Source of the DNA: Octopus sinensis | Lineage: Eukaryota | Direction: 5' to 3' | DNA: 64,000 bases | NCBI RefSeq assembly: GCF_006345805.1 | Contig: NC_042997.1 | Coordinates: forward strand, 204,848,001-204,912,000 | Shown: positions 1 to 13,800 of the stretch, one piece after another | Numbering within the stretch: position 1 is the first letter of the stretch | How the letters are laid out: every line of letters begins with the position of its first letter | Notes under the pieces: model-generated | Seen by the model: the letters and a program-made list of their open reading frames with translations, nothing else | Told to the model about the DNA's origin: nothing | Databases searched by the model: none | Translations under genes and position numbers: made by a program

Positions 1-3000
1 GCAGTCGAGGGATCGCGGGTTTGGATCTCAGACCAGGTGATCTGTGTGTTTATGAACGAAACACCTAAGCTCCACACAGCTCTGGCAGAAGGTAATGGCG
101 AACTTCTGCTGACTCTTTCGCCACAACTTTCTCTCACTCTTTCCTCCTACATTTTACAGCTCACCTGCAATGGACTGGCGTCCCATCCGGGTAGGGAACC
201 TATACACCAAGGAAACCGGGAAACCGGCCCTTATGAACCAGGCATGGCTTGAGAAGGAACAAACAAAATTTGCAGCTACCTACAGCTTGTAGTAAAACAG
301 TATGTAACATGTACCTATAAACAACTTGTAGTAAACCAATATGCCACTCTGCAACTAGCTCGTACACACATATGCCGTTGTCCACCTTACTTACAACTTG
401 TCCTGCATGAGTGAGCTACGATGCACTACTTACCTAAAATAAAGACAAAAGAAAGATACCTGCTTAATAGACAACTATGCATCCCCTTCCTCCCCGAGTG
501 CTCTATACTCATCTTACTGCAAATGCATACCATTGTTATCTCTCCGGCATTGCTGTAGCCTGACTCTTACCCTGTCCCATTTTTCTATCCCACCATGCCT
601 CCACATAACTTTACCATCCTTCTAGGTACAAGTTTGAACTTCAATCAGTAACATACAGGAGTTGAAAGTGAACTTTAATTAAACTCACCTAATTTGTCTT
701 CATTATTAGTCCAAGAAGACCAAAGAAAGTTAAAAGTGTATCCAACTTTCTTCCTCCACACATTAGAATAAATACAATTATAAATATGCAGATGCAGATA
801 TGGTTGTGTGGTTAAGAAATTTGCTCCTCAACCACATGGTTTCAGGTTCAGTCTCACAGCATGGCACCTTGGGCAAGTGTTTTCTACTATAGCTTTCAAC
901 CAGCCAAAGACTTGTGAGTGGATTTGGCGGATGGAAACTGAAAGAAGCCCATTGTGTGTTTGTGTAATTTCTGGCCTTGCTAGCTCCTGTTAAACCATTC
1001 AGCCGATACCAGCACAGAAAACAGATGTTAAGTGATGAGGACAATGATGATGATGATGTGTGTGTATATATATATATATGATGATGATATATGTGTGTGT
1101 ATATATATATATATAAAGATGTAAGAGTGTAATCAAAAAAGTGTGGATTCAGAGAATTGTGTGGCTGATCTGATAAGCTAGCTTTCTTTATTTGCATTAA
1201 TTTGTGAATGCAGAGCATCTTAACATTTGTTGCCTTCCTTTGTCATCTCCTTAATGATGTTCAACATGCAGAGATCAGCTTTAACTCCTTCTGCTTATGT
1301 CTTCCTCTGATTCCTTTTGAATGGATTTTTTTCGCTCATCTTCACCTCCCTGTCATCATTTACCACAGGCCCATATCAACACAGCCTTCTCTCTTACACA
1401 CTACATCTGATTCCTCTTATACTCAATTTTCTCATAGATCATCTGTGGCCGGTGGCACGTAAAAAGCACCCACTACACTCACGGAGTGGTTGGCATTAGG
1501 AATGGCATCCAGCTGTAGAACACTGTAGAAACACTGCCAGATCAGACTGGAGCCTGGTGCAGCCTCCTGGCTTCCCAGACCCCGGTCGAACCATCCAACC
1601 CATGCTAGCATGGAAAACGGACGTTAAACGATGCTGATCATCATCATCATCTATGTTCTGTCAAACGAACATACTAATATTATATATTCAATGGATAATA
1701 CTTATATCATTTCTTTCCCACTATTCGTACACCCTCTCTGCATTCACAACTATGTAGCATTATCTCCAACAGAATTGCCGTTTGTATAAAAGATCTACAA
1801 TCTATCCTTTTCTCACACAGTGACTCCCACAGTCAGCAGAAGTATCAGTTCCCTTTCTCCATCCTATTCTGACTAATTTTGTTACTAAATTTCAGAATCT
1901 CTTTCCCCATTGTTTATTAGATCACTCAAACAGCAAAAGTTATCAACAACTTCTATTGAACTTTCTGAACATTGCATGGAATTTATTTTACTGGGGACTC
2001 AAAGTCTAACTACACCTGTACATTTACCAAAAGCAAAGCCTTTATTCACTTCAGTTTGTTTTAAATTCCATTACACATGTTGTGCACTCATAGATCTCAC
2101 TGGTATGGAATTTCTCCCTACTCTTTTTCTGCATATTAAACACAGCTATTTCTTTGATGGTATCAGCAACCTGCTTACTTTCCTATTTACATTAAAACTT
2201 TAATCTTTGCTAAGTTTGTTCTGAGACCTGTTCCTAAACCTTCTTCACTAATTAAATCATTAAAAAGAAATTATCAAGTTTTCCATATTCTATTCTTTTA
2301 GGAATTTTGCCAAAGTTTTAAGTCATTCTAAATCTGGGAAACCATTTGAATGGCATATACTCCAATTGCTGTTTCTTTTTTTTTTTTTGCCACAAACTTA
2401 AGAAACTCATTCTTTTCATGGTTCTAAGTATGATTTTGCTGCTTCAATACTGAAAATTCTCTCAATGACATTTATGGCACAGAATCTATAAGGTTTTGAA
2501 TATTGATGGCCTACTCAGTCTTAATGAACTCTGCATTTCCATTGTACTCAAAGTAGGAGCTGGCGTCTGTGTGGGACTGCGATATCACTGTGGTATGCCC
2601 TTCAACTCTACAGGCCTTGATGGTTTGTCTTGCCACCTATATGCTGGTCGTTTTACTTGTAACGCTGTTTTCAGTCATTGGGCAGTGGCCATGCTGGGGC
2701 AACACCTTGGTAGGTCTTAGTTTGATCATATTCCTCCTAGTACCTATTTCAGTCCTATATATATTTTATTGATCTTTCACGAATCACTGAAAGGGACTCA
2801 ACATGACATGCTGATTTGCACCATTAAACATAAATACACACACACACATACTTAATCATTAAGTGGATTCCTGGCTCAGGTTAATATCCCCTTAATTCTG
2901 GAGTAGTAGGGATTATCCAGAAGTGATAGGAAGAGACTAGATGGTCTTACTCTTTGTCCCTGGGTATGAAGAGATAGGGATACCACAGTCTGTGACTTCT

Positions 3001-3448
3001 TTGCTCCTTCCCACATCCTGGATGCTGCAGTAAATGGGAGTGACACTGCTTCTGCAGCTGAACAGAACAAAATCGTTAAGTGCCGGGACTCATCAGTGAA
3101 CCCTTTCTTCCAGCCTGTGGCATTTGAGACATTTGCAGGGGCTGGGCCACTAACAACAAAGTTCTTGTCATTGTTAGCGACTTGCCTTACTGAAGTGCCA
3201 GGTGATGCCCAGGAGGGTGCTTGGCAGTTCCAATGCCTTGACCTCAGCATCACCCATGGTAATGCTGCAAGCAGGTTGGCTTGCTTCAATAGTTTCCTTT
3301 GACCCTTGTGATGTGCAACCAATTGAGGCAGTTGGTGTTCTGCTGATGTTTTTCTTCCTTCTTCTTTTTTTTTCATTCTTCACTCATGTTTCTGTTTTCT
3401 TTCGTTTTGGATTAGTATTTTAATGTGGTTTTGTATAATGTATATGTA

Positions 3449-3863
3449 GGTGCAGGAGTGGCTGTGTGGTAAGTAGCTTGCTTACCAACCACATGGTTCC
3501 AGGTTCAGTCCCACTGCGTGGTACCTTGGGCAAGTGTCTTCTACTATAGCCATGGGCTGATCAAAGCCTTGTGAGTGGATTTGGTAGACAGAAGCTGAAA
3601 GAAGCCCGCCATATATATGTGTATATGTGTATATATGTGTGTGTGTGTACATGTTTGTGTGTCTGTGTTTGTCCCCACAACATCGCTTGACAACCGATGG
3701 GGGTGTGTTTATGTCCCCGTGACTTAGTGGTTCGGCAAACAAGACTGATAGAATAAATACTAGGCTTCCAAAGAATAAGTCCTGGGGTCAATTTGCTTGA
3801 CTAAAAGCAGTGCTCCAGCATGACAACAGTCAAATGACTGAAACAAGTAAAAAGAGTAAAGAG
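3449..3863 (+). mobile_element. tRNA-derived CORE-like SINE, family A
   Basis: GGAGTGGCTGTGTGGTAAG (A-box-like), GGTTCAGTCCC (B-box-like), ACCTTGGGCAAG (CORE-like), internal microsatellite, tail GACTGAAACAAGTAAAAGAG. Confidence 0.85.
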
Positions 3864-5885
3864 TATCATATACGTATATGTTATATGTGCAATAAAATAA
3901 AATGAACCTATCATTAGAACTGAAGAATTTCATAAAACTAGCAAAATGACAAAATCTTTCTCAGCCGTAAAACTACTAGAATAAGAAAATGACTTCCTGA
4001 CCAATAAGTGACCCCTAAAAAGAGTACTAAGCTAGCAGAAGTATTCAGTTAACAGGAGTTCCTGGGAAACTTAAAATTACAACTTTTTTGTGATTTTTTT
4101 CCTTTATATATAATTCAAATAAATAAATTTTGTATTTTGAAAATATCAGGTTTTTTAATACTTTTAGCAAAAATTGTTTCACTGTTTTCAGTCATTGGGC
4201 AGTGGCCATGCTGGGGCAACACCTTGGTAGGTCTTAGTTTGATCATATTCCTCCTAGTACCTATTTCAGTCCTGTATATATTTTATTGATCTTTCACGAA
4301 TCACTGAAAGGGACTCGACATGACATGCTGATTTGCACCATTAAACATAAATACACACACACACATAAATACATATATACATACTGGAAAATATACTTAC
4401 TTTTCCCTGAAGATACCTGGCAATTTATAGTTTATTATATCTATAACAGTTAGAATATTCATGATTCAAAGATACTGTCAGATTAAAACATGTGTAGGAT
4501 GTTTTAGATATATTTTGGTTGTTTTGTTGATCCAGTTCCTTTTATACTTATTCTTATAGGTGACTCTTTTACTTTGCCTTATATTTCCATTATAATACAA
4601 ATAAAATGAACCAAGCATCTATTATATTTTTTGTTCTCATATATATACATACACACACATATATGATGGACTCTCTCGTTGGTTTTGACATATGAAACTC
4701 CAACCACGTGTTCTTTCTTTGTCAGTCATAATGCTTATGTCGAATGTGAAATTTAAGTCCCACCAACGATTTGCAAAGAAGGTCAAAGATGTTGCAATAT
4801 ATATATATATAAAATTTAGAGGACTAATCACTAAAAGTGGACAGCCTATATGCTAAACATAGATGTCAAATCGCCATTTACCACAAAGAATATGTTCTCA
4901 AGAAAAATCTCAGCAAAAGAAACAAAGTGTAAAAATAAGCAATACACATGAAAATATACGAAATAAAAACGATTACCTATGTATCAATTGGTTTCACTTG
5001 TTAATATTTATGTATATGGACACACAAACAACTGCAAGATCATCAGCATGGTCTGTCGTTTACAAAACACAATTTCTTCAGATCTTTTAAAATATGCTAA
5101 TCCACTGGTTTTAATTGATTAATATCAATTTCTACGCTTATTTAATTTTAAATTTAAAAACTGTTCACTAACCTTGACTGCTGTAGTTTATTAACTGCAG
5201 AGTAGTTTCCTATCTCAGTGCGCCAAAGTGACGGCATTTGAAAGATACACCTAAATATAATATGTAGAACTTTATACATGCTGGATTTCAGTTGAGCATT
5301 CTGTGTTTTGTAAATGACAGACTATGCTGATTATCTTGCAGATGTTTGCATGTCCATATACATAAATATTAACAAATGAAACCAATTGATACATAGGTAA
5401 TCGTTTTTTATTTCGTATATTTTCATGTGTCTTGCTTATTTTTACAGTGGTCAGTCCTCTAAATTTTATATGTAAAACAATTTTTAATCTTCGGACTTTT
5501 TAAAATATGCTAAGCCACTGGTTTTAATTGATTAATATCAATTTCTACCCTTATTTAATTTATATATATATATATATATATATACTTCTTGCTTTGTTCC
5601 TTTGTGCCACATGGGCTCAACTCACCTTTGAAATCAATCTCACACAAATTGCCACTCACCTCCCACACTCTCCACCTACACACCCGCATACTGCCCTTCT
5701 CAGTACTCTCACCCACACATACACACTCATGCACACCATTCTCACATACACACACGCACACATTTGTGCACCTCCTCTTCTTGGGATCACCATGAATTAT
5801 CTTCCCTTCATTCAGCCTCTCTCTATTATTATCACTGAAATCAACACATTTTTTTAATTCTCTCTCTATTTATTTCACTTTATTC

Positions 5886-5921
5886 CTTTCTGATGAAGAG
5901 CATAGGCTCAAAACATAAAAG
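5886..5921 (+). pseudogene. Decayed hammerhead motif of the same short-element family
   Basis: CTTT-CTGATGA-A-GAGC-ATAG-GCTC-AAAAC-ATA-AAAG. Two CpG-type G>A changes destroy GAAA and GUH. Confidence 0.55.
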
Positions 5922-8900
5922 ACTTTTCCATTTTTCCCAAGCATCAAACTAATACACTTGCTTGTTGTTCCTACACCTGTCTTCATCTTTCTTTTTAAAT
6001 AAAATTGAACTATATATTATATTACAGGGAAAAGAACAACACAAACCAAGGCAAGACAGGTATCTCAAGTCATTTAGAATATTTAATTAGGGTAAGGTGT
6101 TCCTGGAATATCCCAAGTGATAGGCTAGCATGTCCATACCCTGGGTATTCTGTCATCAGAGACAAGGTGAGTATGTATAACAGTTCTAGACAGGGAAAAT
6201 CACAGTCTATAAGGAATAAAATAAAATAGTAGATAGAAGAATAAAGAGTAAAGCAGTAGATAGAAGAATACAGAGAGAAGAATAAAGTTCACAGCTCATC
6301 TTCTTCCAGAGGGTTTGGAGGTTGGTCCGTACTTCCATGAAGGTATAGGCCCTTAGGTATAATCCCAGGTAAATCGAAGCAGTATTTTGGCAGTATTTTG
6401 AATGTTGCTTTCATGTTGGAAGAGTAGAATTAAATGGTTAGCTAATATGAAAATGATCCACCTGGGTATATAGAGTGAGAAAGACAGACATCATGATAGA
6501 CAAATGTGGGTTGTGAGTGAGTGAACAGAAGAGAGAGGAGAAAGCGAGAAAGGAAAGGAATGGGACGGATGTGGGGAAGAAAGAATGAGAGCAAAAGTGA
6601 AGTAAAAAAATAAAGATAAGATGCCAGTATTCTACGTTAGGGGTGAGAGGTTAGGCGTTTAGGTTTTGGTAAAGTGGAGGAGGAAGGCATTTATGTCTAT
6701 TAATTAAATAGATGAATTCTAGGTTCGGTGTGGTCAGAAAGAGAATTTAGTTCATTGGCCAGTAGGGATAGCTAAAAATAGAGGCTAGCTTAAGGGAGTG
6801 TATATAGGATAGAATACAGTTAAATGGATAAAGGATAAAAAAGAATAAAAAGTGAAAATTAAAAATTAAAAAGGTTTTAGATTAAAAAATTAAAGTTAAA
6901 AATTAAAAAAAAGATTATTGCAGCTAAGTAGCTTCTAAGATACTTATGTTGATAGAGAAGAAAGGAAAAAACGTACATATATTGTAACGACCATGGATGC
7001 ATATAGGCAAGTGTTAAGAGTGTTGATTTTCCTTGCAGTTGGACTTATAGAAGAATCTAAAGGTGCAATAGAATTTATGCTTACATGTAGAGAATGCTTC
7101 ATGTTGTTTATTGAGTAATCGTGGTGAAATATGAATTAATATTTTGGTGGGGGGGCTTCTTTCAGGCAGAGTCCACATGTGGAGCACTTGCCTTGGTATG
7201 GAGTTCCATGCCTTTATCCATTATCCATTTAATTGCATTTTCTTTTCTCTCTTTTATTCACTCCCTCACAACCCATATCTGTCTATAATGATGCTTGCCT
7301 TTCTCACTCTATATACCCACATGGACCATTATCATCATCATCATCATTTAGCAGGTATATATATAATATATACCTGCTAACTCAGAAGCCTAATACAGTT
7401 CCCTAGCTCCAGCCTCAGCTGTGAACTTGGAACCTAACAGATGACCAGTTATAGCACTTACTCAGCGTACCTATTTGTTAGATCATCAGTGAACTAAACT
7501 CCTCATATTCTATATATATATATATAATGAACTTATTGTATATAGTGCTGCTCAGGTACACTATAATTCATGAGAAAAAGTAACCAAAATTGTGTGAACA
7601 GTACATAAAATATGCACAGGAAGTGAACTGTGAAAAAGTCTTAAAAGAAAAAAGGAATAATAAACAGGGGTGGGGGGCATCAAGTGTACTGTTGGTGAAT
7701 TTGTGGAAGCATGGAAGTTTTGAAGGATGTAGTGTCTCAACTGTTAACAACTGATGCAGGTAGTTTATTCCATACTTCAGAAGTTCCAAGCATGAAAAAA
7801 TGTTTCTGAAAGTCATGGGAGCTGTGTTGTTTTTTTTTGTTTTGTAAGCATGTCCACGAGCGTTACACATACACACACTCAGATTGAAAGATTTTGTATC
7901 AGCCAAATTCCAAACACACCAGATAGTGGTCAATTCAAAGCACAGTGCTACAGTGCCATACAATGGGATTGAAACTAAAAACCTGTGGTTATGACTTGAA
8001 CTTATTAACCACAGTATAGTTATACTCTTATCATACAACTATGCCTTCAAACTGTCAGAATTTTTCAGCATGTCTTAAATATAAAAAGAAAAGAAAAAAG
8101 CATTCTTTAACATACCAGCAACCATTTCTAAATTTCGTATCAGAGAAAATTTATTTCCTGAGCTACCACCTTTTTATGTGAAAAAATGTTCATCCATTAG
8201 CATAAAAGTTTGTCTACATTGTCTGTGGAACATTCTGTAATAAAATGGTAAGCTATTTAATTCCTTGGTTATTTTGCAGTCGATGGTGTTATTACATTTC
8301 CTGCATCTAAAATAACTTTAATCCTGGCACTTCAATATTTACTGTTATTTTTTGATTGAAAATTACTGCTGCAATAAAAAAAAAAAAAAGAAGTAAAACC
8401 TCAATCATGTTTGAGATTTATAACAATATTCCAACAAACTAAGTGAAAACTCCTGATGCTGTTGTCAGCACTTTCACCACACTAATTTGGTTTCGGTGGA
8501 CTGCAGTCTGTTAGTGACCTCTTGACCCTTTATAAATTTCTATTGCATAATATAATTTCTACCTACCCTTTAGTTTTATATGCATGTGTATAAACCTACA
8601 AGGGGCCTAGTGGTTAGGGTGATGCACTCATAATCAGGAGATTGTGGTTTCAATTCATGGAGCAGATAGTGTTGTGTTTCTGAGCAAAACACTTCATTCA
8701 TGTCGCTCTGTGATCACTTCGACACCTGACATTTTGTACACTGTGCACCTGTTCAAGTATTGAATATTTGATGGAGCGAATGAGCTAATGTACAGCTCAT
8801 ACATTGGATCACTCTAAACAAATCATCTGTGCAGATTGTTCAGCAAGGAATTGCAGAATCATCTTTCTCAGACTACCAGAGACAACTGCCATATGTTGGT

Positions 8901-10104
8901 ATATTCTAAGACAACACAAAAAAAACAAGTATCTATTTCTTTGCAGATCCTAGCTTTGATGAACAGATTTCTAGGTTATGAGCCCAACATTCTTCTACTG
9001 TGCATCTCTACTTAACAAGGGATTAAGGAAATATGTAATGTATTATTTCATATATTGTCTGCTCTGGGTTACATGACTTCTATTGCCTCATCCATCATTA
9101 TCATCATCGTTTAACGTCCGTTTTCTGTGCTAGCACGGGTTGGACGGTTCGACCAGGGTCTGGGAAGCCAGGAGACTGCACCAGGCTCCAGTCTGATCTG
9201 GCAGTGTTTCTACAGCTGGATGCCCTTCTTAATGCCAACCACTCCACGAGTGTAGTGGGTGCTTTTTATGTGCCAGGGGAGGCTGGCAACGGTCATGATT
9301 AGTTGGTGCTTTTTACGTGCCACCGGTACGGAAGCCAGTCAAGGCGGCGCTGGCATCGGCCACATACGGATGGTACTTTTTACGTGTCACCAGCACAGGT
9401 GCCAGGGGAGGCTGGCAATGGCCACGATCGGTTGGTGCTTTTTACGTGTCATCGGCACAGAAGCCTTCCATCATATATCATTTATTTATTTCTCACCACA
9501 ACTTTCTCTCACTCTTACTTCCTGTTTCTGTTGTACCTGTATTTCAAAGGACTGGCCTTGTCACTCTCTGTGTCACGCTGAATATCCCCGAGAACTACGT
9601 TAAGGGTACACGTGTCTGTGGAGTGCTCAGCCACTTACACGTTAATTTCACGAGCAGGTGGTTCCGTTGATCGGATCAACCGGAACCCTCGTCGTCATAA
9701 CCGACGGAGTGCTTCCATCCCATTTATTTCTATGCATTGGACTGTTTCAATTGCATGAAATATAGTAGCTAAACAACACATGCTGCAGCACTGGAAAGTT
9801 CATTTACTTATTCAATGGTGACATTTCACTTTGCTGATACTCCAAGGGCCACATTTGACATGCCACAGGCAGAGATCTATGCATTGCAAATTTTTCTGAG
9901 TATCTTTTCATTTGCTATTTTCAGATAAGCCAGAAACAAGCCAATTCTATAAAATTTTTCCCTATGCAGCACAGCAAACATGTTTGCTAGTATTGTATAT
10001 TGTAGAGAAAACATATCAACTTTACCTGACAGGATTTTCTGGTTTTCACCAGAATCAGTTTTAAAAAATCAGTACAATTATTGATATTACACAAAACTCA
10101 AAGC

Positions 10105-10685
10105 AGTGAGCTGGCAGAATCATAAGCATACCAAGCATAACGCTTAGTGGCATTTCATTTGTTTTTATGCTCTGGGTTCAAATGCTGCTGAGGTCGATAA
10201 AATAAGTACCAGTTGAGCACTGGGGTTGATGTAATCGACTTAGCCCCTACCCCTAAATTGCTGGCCTTGTGCTAAAATTTGAAACCATTATCATTATCTT
10301 ATGTCTCAGATTAATTGTATGTCGATATCTTTTGATCAGGGGTGGGTCATAAATAGAGGATATAGACAGAGGATGTTCTGAGAGTGGTCTGAAGGAGGCC
10401 TGTTTGAAACAATAGAGTAAAGACTGAGTGACCAAGCTAGAGCAATCTGCAAAAGCCATTGATTAACTGAGCTAGGGCTTGAAGCCCATAAAGGGGGAAA
10501 TCAATGAAATTCAAATTGAAGAACCAACTGAAGATGAACATTATTATTATTATTGTTGTAATTATTATTATCAATATTATTATTATTACTATTACTATTA
10601 TTATCATTATTATCAATATTATCATTATTGTTATCAATATTATTATTATTATTATCAATATTATTATTATTATTATTATTATCAA

Positions 10686-10721
<36 letters not shown>

Positions 10722-10729
10722 CAATATTA

Positions 10730-10765
<36 letters not shown>

Positions 10766-11480
10766 CAATATTATTATTATTATTATAATTATTATGAATA
10801 TTATTATTATTATCAATATTATTGTTAAGGTGGCTAGCTGGCAGAATTGTTAGCATGCTAAGCAAAATGGTCAATGGCATTTTGTCCATCTTTATGTTCT
10901 GAGTTCAAATTCCACCAAGGTTGGCTTTGCCTTTCATTCTTTCAGGGTTAATAAAATTAAGTACCAGTCAAATACTGGGGTCGATGTAACCAACTTTGCC
11001 CCTCTCCCCAAATTTCAGGCCTTATGCCTTTAGTAGAAAGGATTATTATTATTATTATTCCATCGTAACACAGCATAGGTAAAAATGCACTGTCAAGTCA
11101 CAAGGACCTCAAACAGATAATGCTTTCCTTAAGATGTGCCCAGTAAGGCTGCTTTTTGCAAGACATCAATCTTTCAAGGGATTTCCAGTTGCCTTAAGAA
11201 GTTTTGTAGTTTCAATGGGATTGAGCCCAACACTCCGATCACCACTGCATCACTTTTACATTATTATTATTATTATTATTATGGTGAGCTGGCAGAATCA
11301 TTGGCACTTTGTACAAAATGCTTAGTGGTATTTCTTCTGTATCTGTGTTCTGAGCTCAAATTCTGCTGTGGTCGACTTTGCCTTTCATCCTTTCAGTGTT
11401 ATACCATTTGGGGTCAATGTAATCACCTATCCCCTACTGATATGTTCCAGGCCTTGCACCAACATTTGAAAACAATATTA
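10105..11480 (+). mobile_element. Three co-oriented family C SINEs separated by (ATT)n
   Basis: Heads GAGCTGGCAGAAT near 10107, 10835 and 11287; CTTTCAT..AAGTACCAG cores; alternative tail CAGGCCTTGTGCCT. Confidence 0.8.
10540..10825. repeat. (ATT)n/(ATC) compound microsatellite
   Basis: Directly visible. Confidence 0.97.
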
Positions 11481-12842
11481 TACAAAGGAACAGTGCAGCT
11501 GATGTACACACGGCCATGTTGGAATGTATCCAGAAAAGGGCCATGAGGCTGACTGGTTAACATTAAGTCATAGAAACACTTCAACCACTTGCCCATAGTT
11601 GTGCTGTAACCTCTCTTTTGCCTTTCTATCCCTACTATAATGCTCTGAGCTCATTGAGCCCAGCCAGGCTTCTGCCAGCTCTGCTCAGGTATTGCCATCC
11701 ACATTTCTCTTTCTCTTACTTGTTTCAGTCTTTGGACTGCAACCGTGCTTGGACACTGCCTTGAAGGGTTTTAGTCAAACAAATAGAACTCAGTACTTAT
11801 TTTTATGTCTAATACTTACTCCATTGGTCCCTTTTGCCAAACAACAATCCTATAGGCATGAAAACAAATCAGCATCAATTGTCAAGCAGTGCAGAGGACA
11901 AACATACATGCACACACACACACACATTGGGGTTCTGCACAATTTCTCTTCACCAAATTCACTTATGGGGCCTTGAAGAAAATTTGGAATGCTTCATGAA
12001 TTTACATGCTGTGCCTGTGTGGTAAATTAAGATAGGAACAAAGAAAGCAAAAAAGATGAGTAGAACAAAGGATGGGGTCGAAATTATGCAAGGGTACAAT
12101 ATCAGGTGATAGCAATGATAATGAAGGTGTAGCAAGCCAAGAAAGATTTATTACGTCATTGTGGCAGAGTTCAGTTGTGCTGTGGCAGATTCCAGCCAAT
12201 CAGAGCTGGGGGCATATGAATAAAATGGCCATGATCTGCCTTAGCAGCAGAACTCACTACAGCTGAGAAGTAGCAGTTTCAAACCAGTTGTAGATTTGAT
12301 AGCATAGAAGCAACATCACTTTCTTTGACATGTCACATTTTCTGTGTCCACCACCAACTTCATGCAACTCATTTGAATAATATCAGCTTCCACTCAGTTT
12401 CATATAAACCTCAGCGTATGTAGTAAGCCGTGCAATATTTCTTGTCTTTCATACACATATATTTGGTTCCCATTCATATGCCAGATTAATCCTTGTTACC
12501 ACTTGCCAGCACTTGTTACACTACTGAATAAATTTCAATGTTTTTATTTTATAAACTTGCCTTCTGAATATACTTAATACATGTTTATTAAAAGAACACT
12601 GGAATGGACTCTCTCATGGATACTCTTCATGCATTAAATTACAGAACACTCACTCTAAATTAGTGAACGATAATACTAAAAAGGTGTTGAACATAAGTAA
12701 TAATACAAGTGACCAACAGATATATTTAGAGGTACTGATGGCAGATGTAGTAGTACTGTTAAAAAGCTTAGGATTAGGGTTATGTTCAGTGAGTGTGTAC
12801 TGCTATTTATGGCGGTTCTGATAGTAGTAATAGGGATAATAT

Positions 12843-13350
12843 GTTTCTTTATTAGCCACACGGGGCTGCACACAGACGGGACAAATTACAAAGTAGAGCT
12901 TTTCTTTATGGGGAGAAAAGAAGAAAAAAAAAGTTGGGTAGGTTTTTGATCAAAAGGGATCGCAAAAGGGAAAGAAAAGAAAAAAGAAAAAGAAAAAAAC
13001 GATCAATAGGGATCGTGTATCACAGAAATGTCATGATGTAAAGTGTAAAGGGGGAAGTAGATAGGGTTTATCCATGGAAAGAAAAGCCTACGGAAAAGAC
13101 CACGGTAACCTCGGTCAATAATGTCACCTGTTAACACATTTGTTTGCAAGTAGGTAACCCTCTGTTTTAAATTTTTCCAGGTTCATAGGATTATGCTCAA
13201 GGTGGCTTCGTCATTCATATGTGCCATCCTTGCCACATTCACCCATCTTTTTTTGAAACATTCACTTGACAAAACTTGCCTCTCTACTCTCACTTTCCTT
13301 TTCAAGTGATACTTGAAGAAGTTGATGAGAGATTGACCAGAGAGGAAAGT
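12843..13350 (-). mobile_element. L1/Tx1-like LINE 3' end with 3' UTR
   Basis: Minus frame SGQSLINFFKYHLKRKVRVERQVLSSECFKKRWVNVARM, then a UTR ending TTTGTCCCGTCTGTGTGCAGCCCCGTGTGGCTAATAAAGAAA. Confidence 0.55.
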
Positions 13351-13499
13351 GTAATAGGGATAATAATGAAGTCATTGAAAAGAAAAGGATGGGGAATTGT
13401 AACGACAGTGATAGGATAATGGTGAGGTGGGCAGTAATTATTATGGTAAGGGTGAAGAGAAGAGGCCCTCTGACTAGAAATCTGCATTTTGTACATGGA

Positions 13500-13800
13500 A
13501 TTTGTCTTGGGCGGAGTATGTTTAAGTAATTGCAGACTGGATTTTCTTGCATGTAGGTAGGAAGCAAGTATTTCCTCTCTTGAGTTTAGGATGGTAGTTG
13601 CAGACAGGATGTGCAGTTTTTTGGTTACACACAGATTACACTTTACATCTTTTCCCTTTCTTCCTCATTTTTTCTTACCTCTTGTTTGTCTCCTTCCCAA
13701 TATATCATATTTACTCCCTATCATCACACCTCATGACTAGAAAACTATATATAAATATGCAAACCCCATCAATTTTCCAGTCACAATTTACTTGACGATC
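13500..13800 (-). mobile_element. Penelope-like element 3'-end relic
   Basis: Minus frame ...ILNSREEILASYLHARK resembles the PLE C-terminal LNxRSE..C.H.RK motif seen at 58560. Confidence 0.4.

Noticed and set aside
3070-3100. CTGATGAGTCC on the minus strand as a hammerhead (also CTGATGA at 7482, 37095, 40511 and 52879)
   Set aside because: There is no matching helix II followed by GAAA and no closing helices.
7600-10050. Scattered splice-like sites (8946, 9926, 10025), and similar ones at 22639
   Set aside because: They form no consistent exon chain or recognisable protein and are compatible with chance in AT-rich DNA.
10437-10889. ORFs rich in Asn/Ile/Tyr/Leu
   Set aside because: They are translations of the (ATT)n microsatellite.
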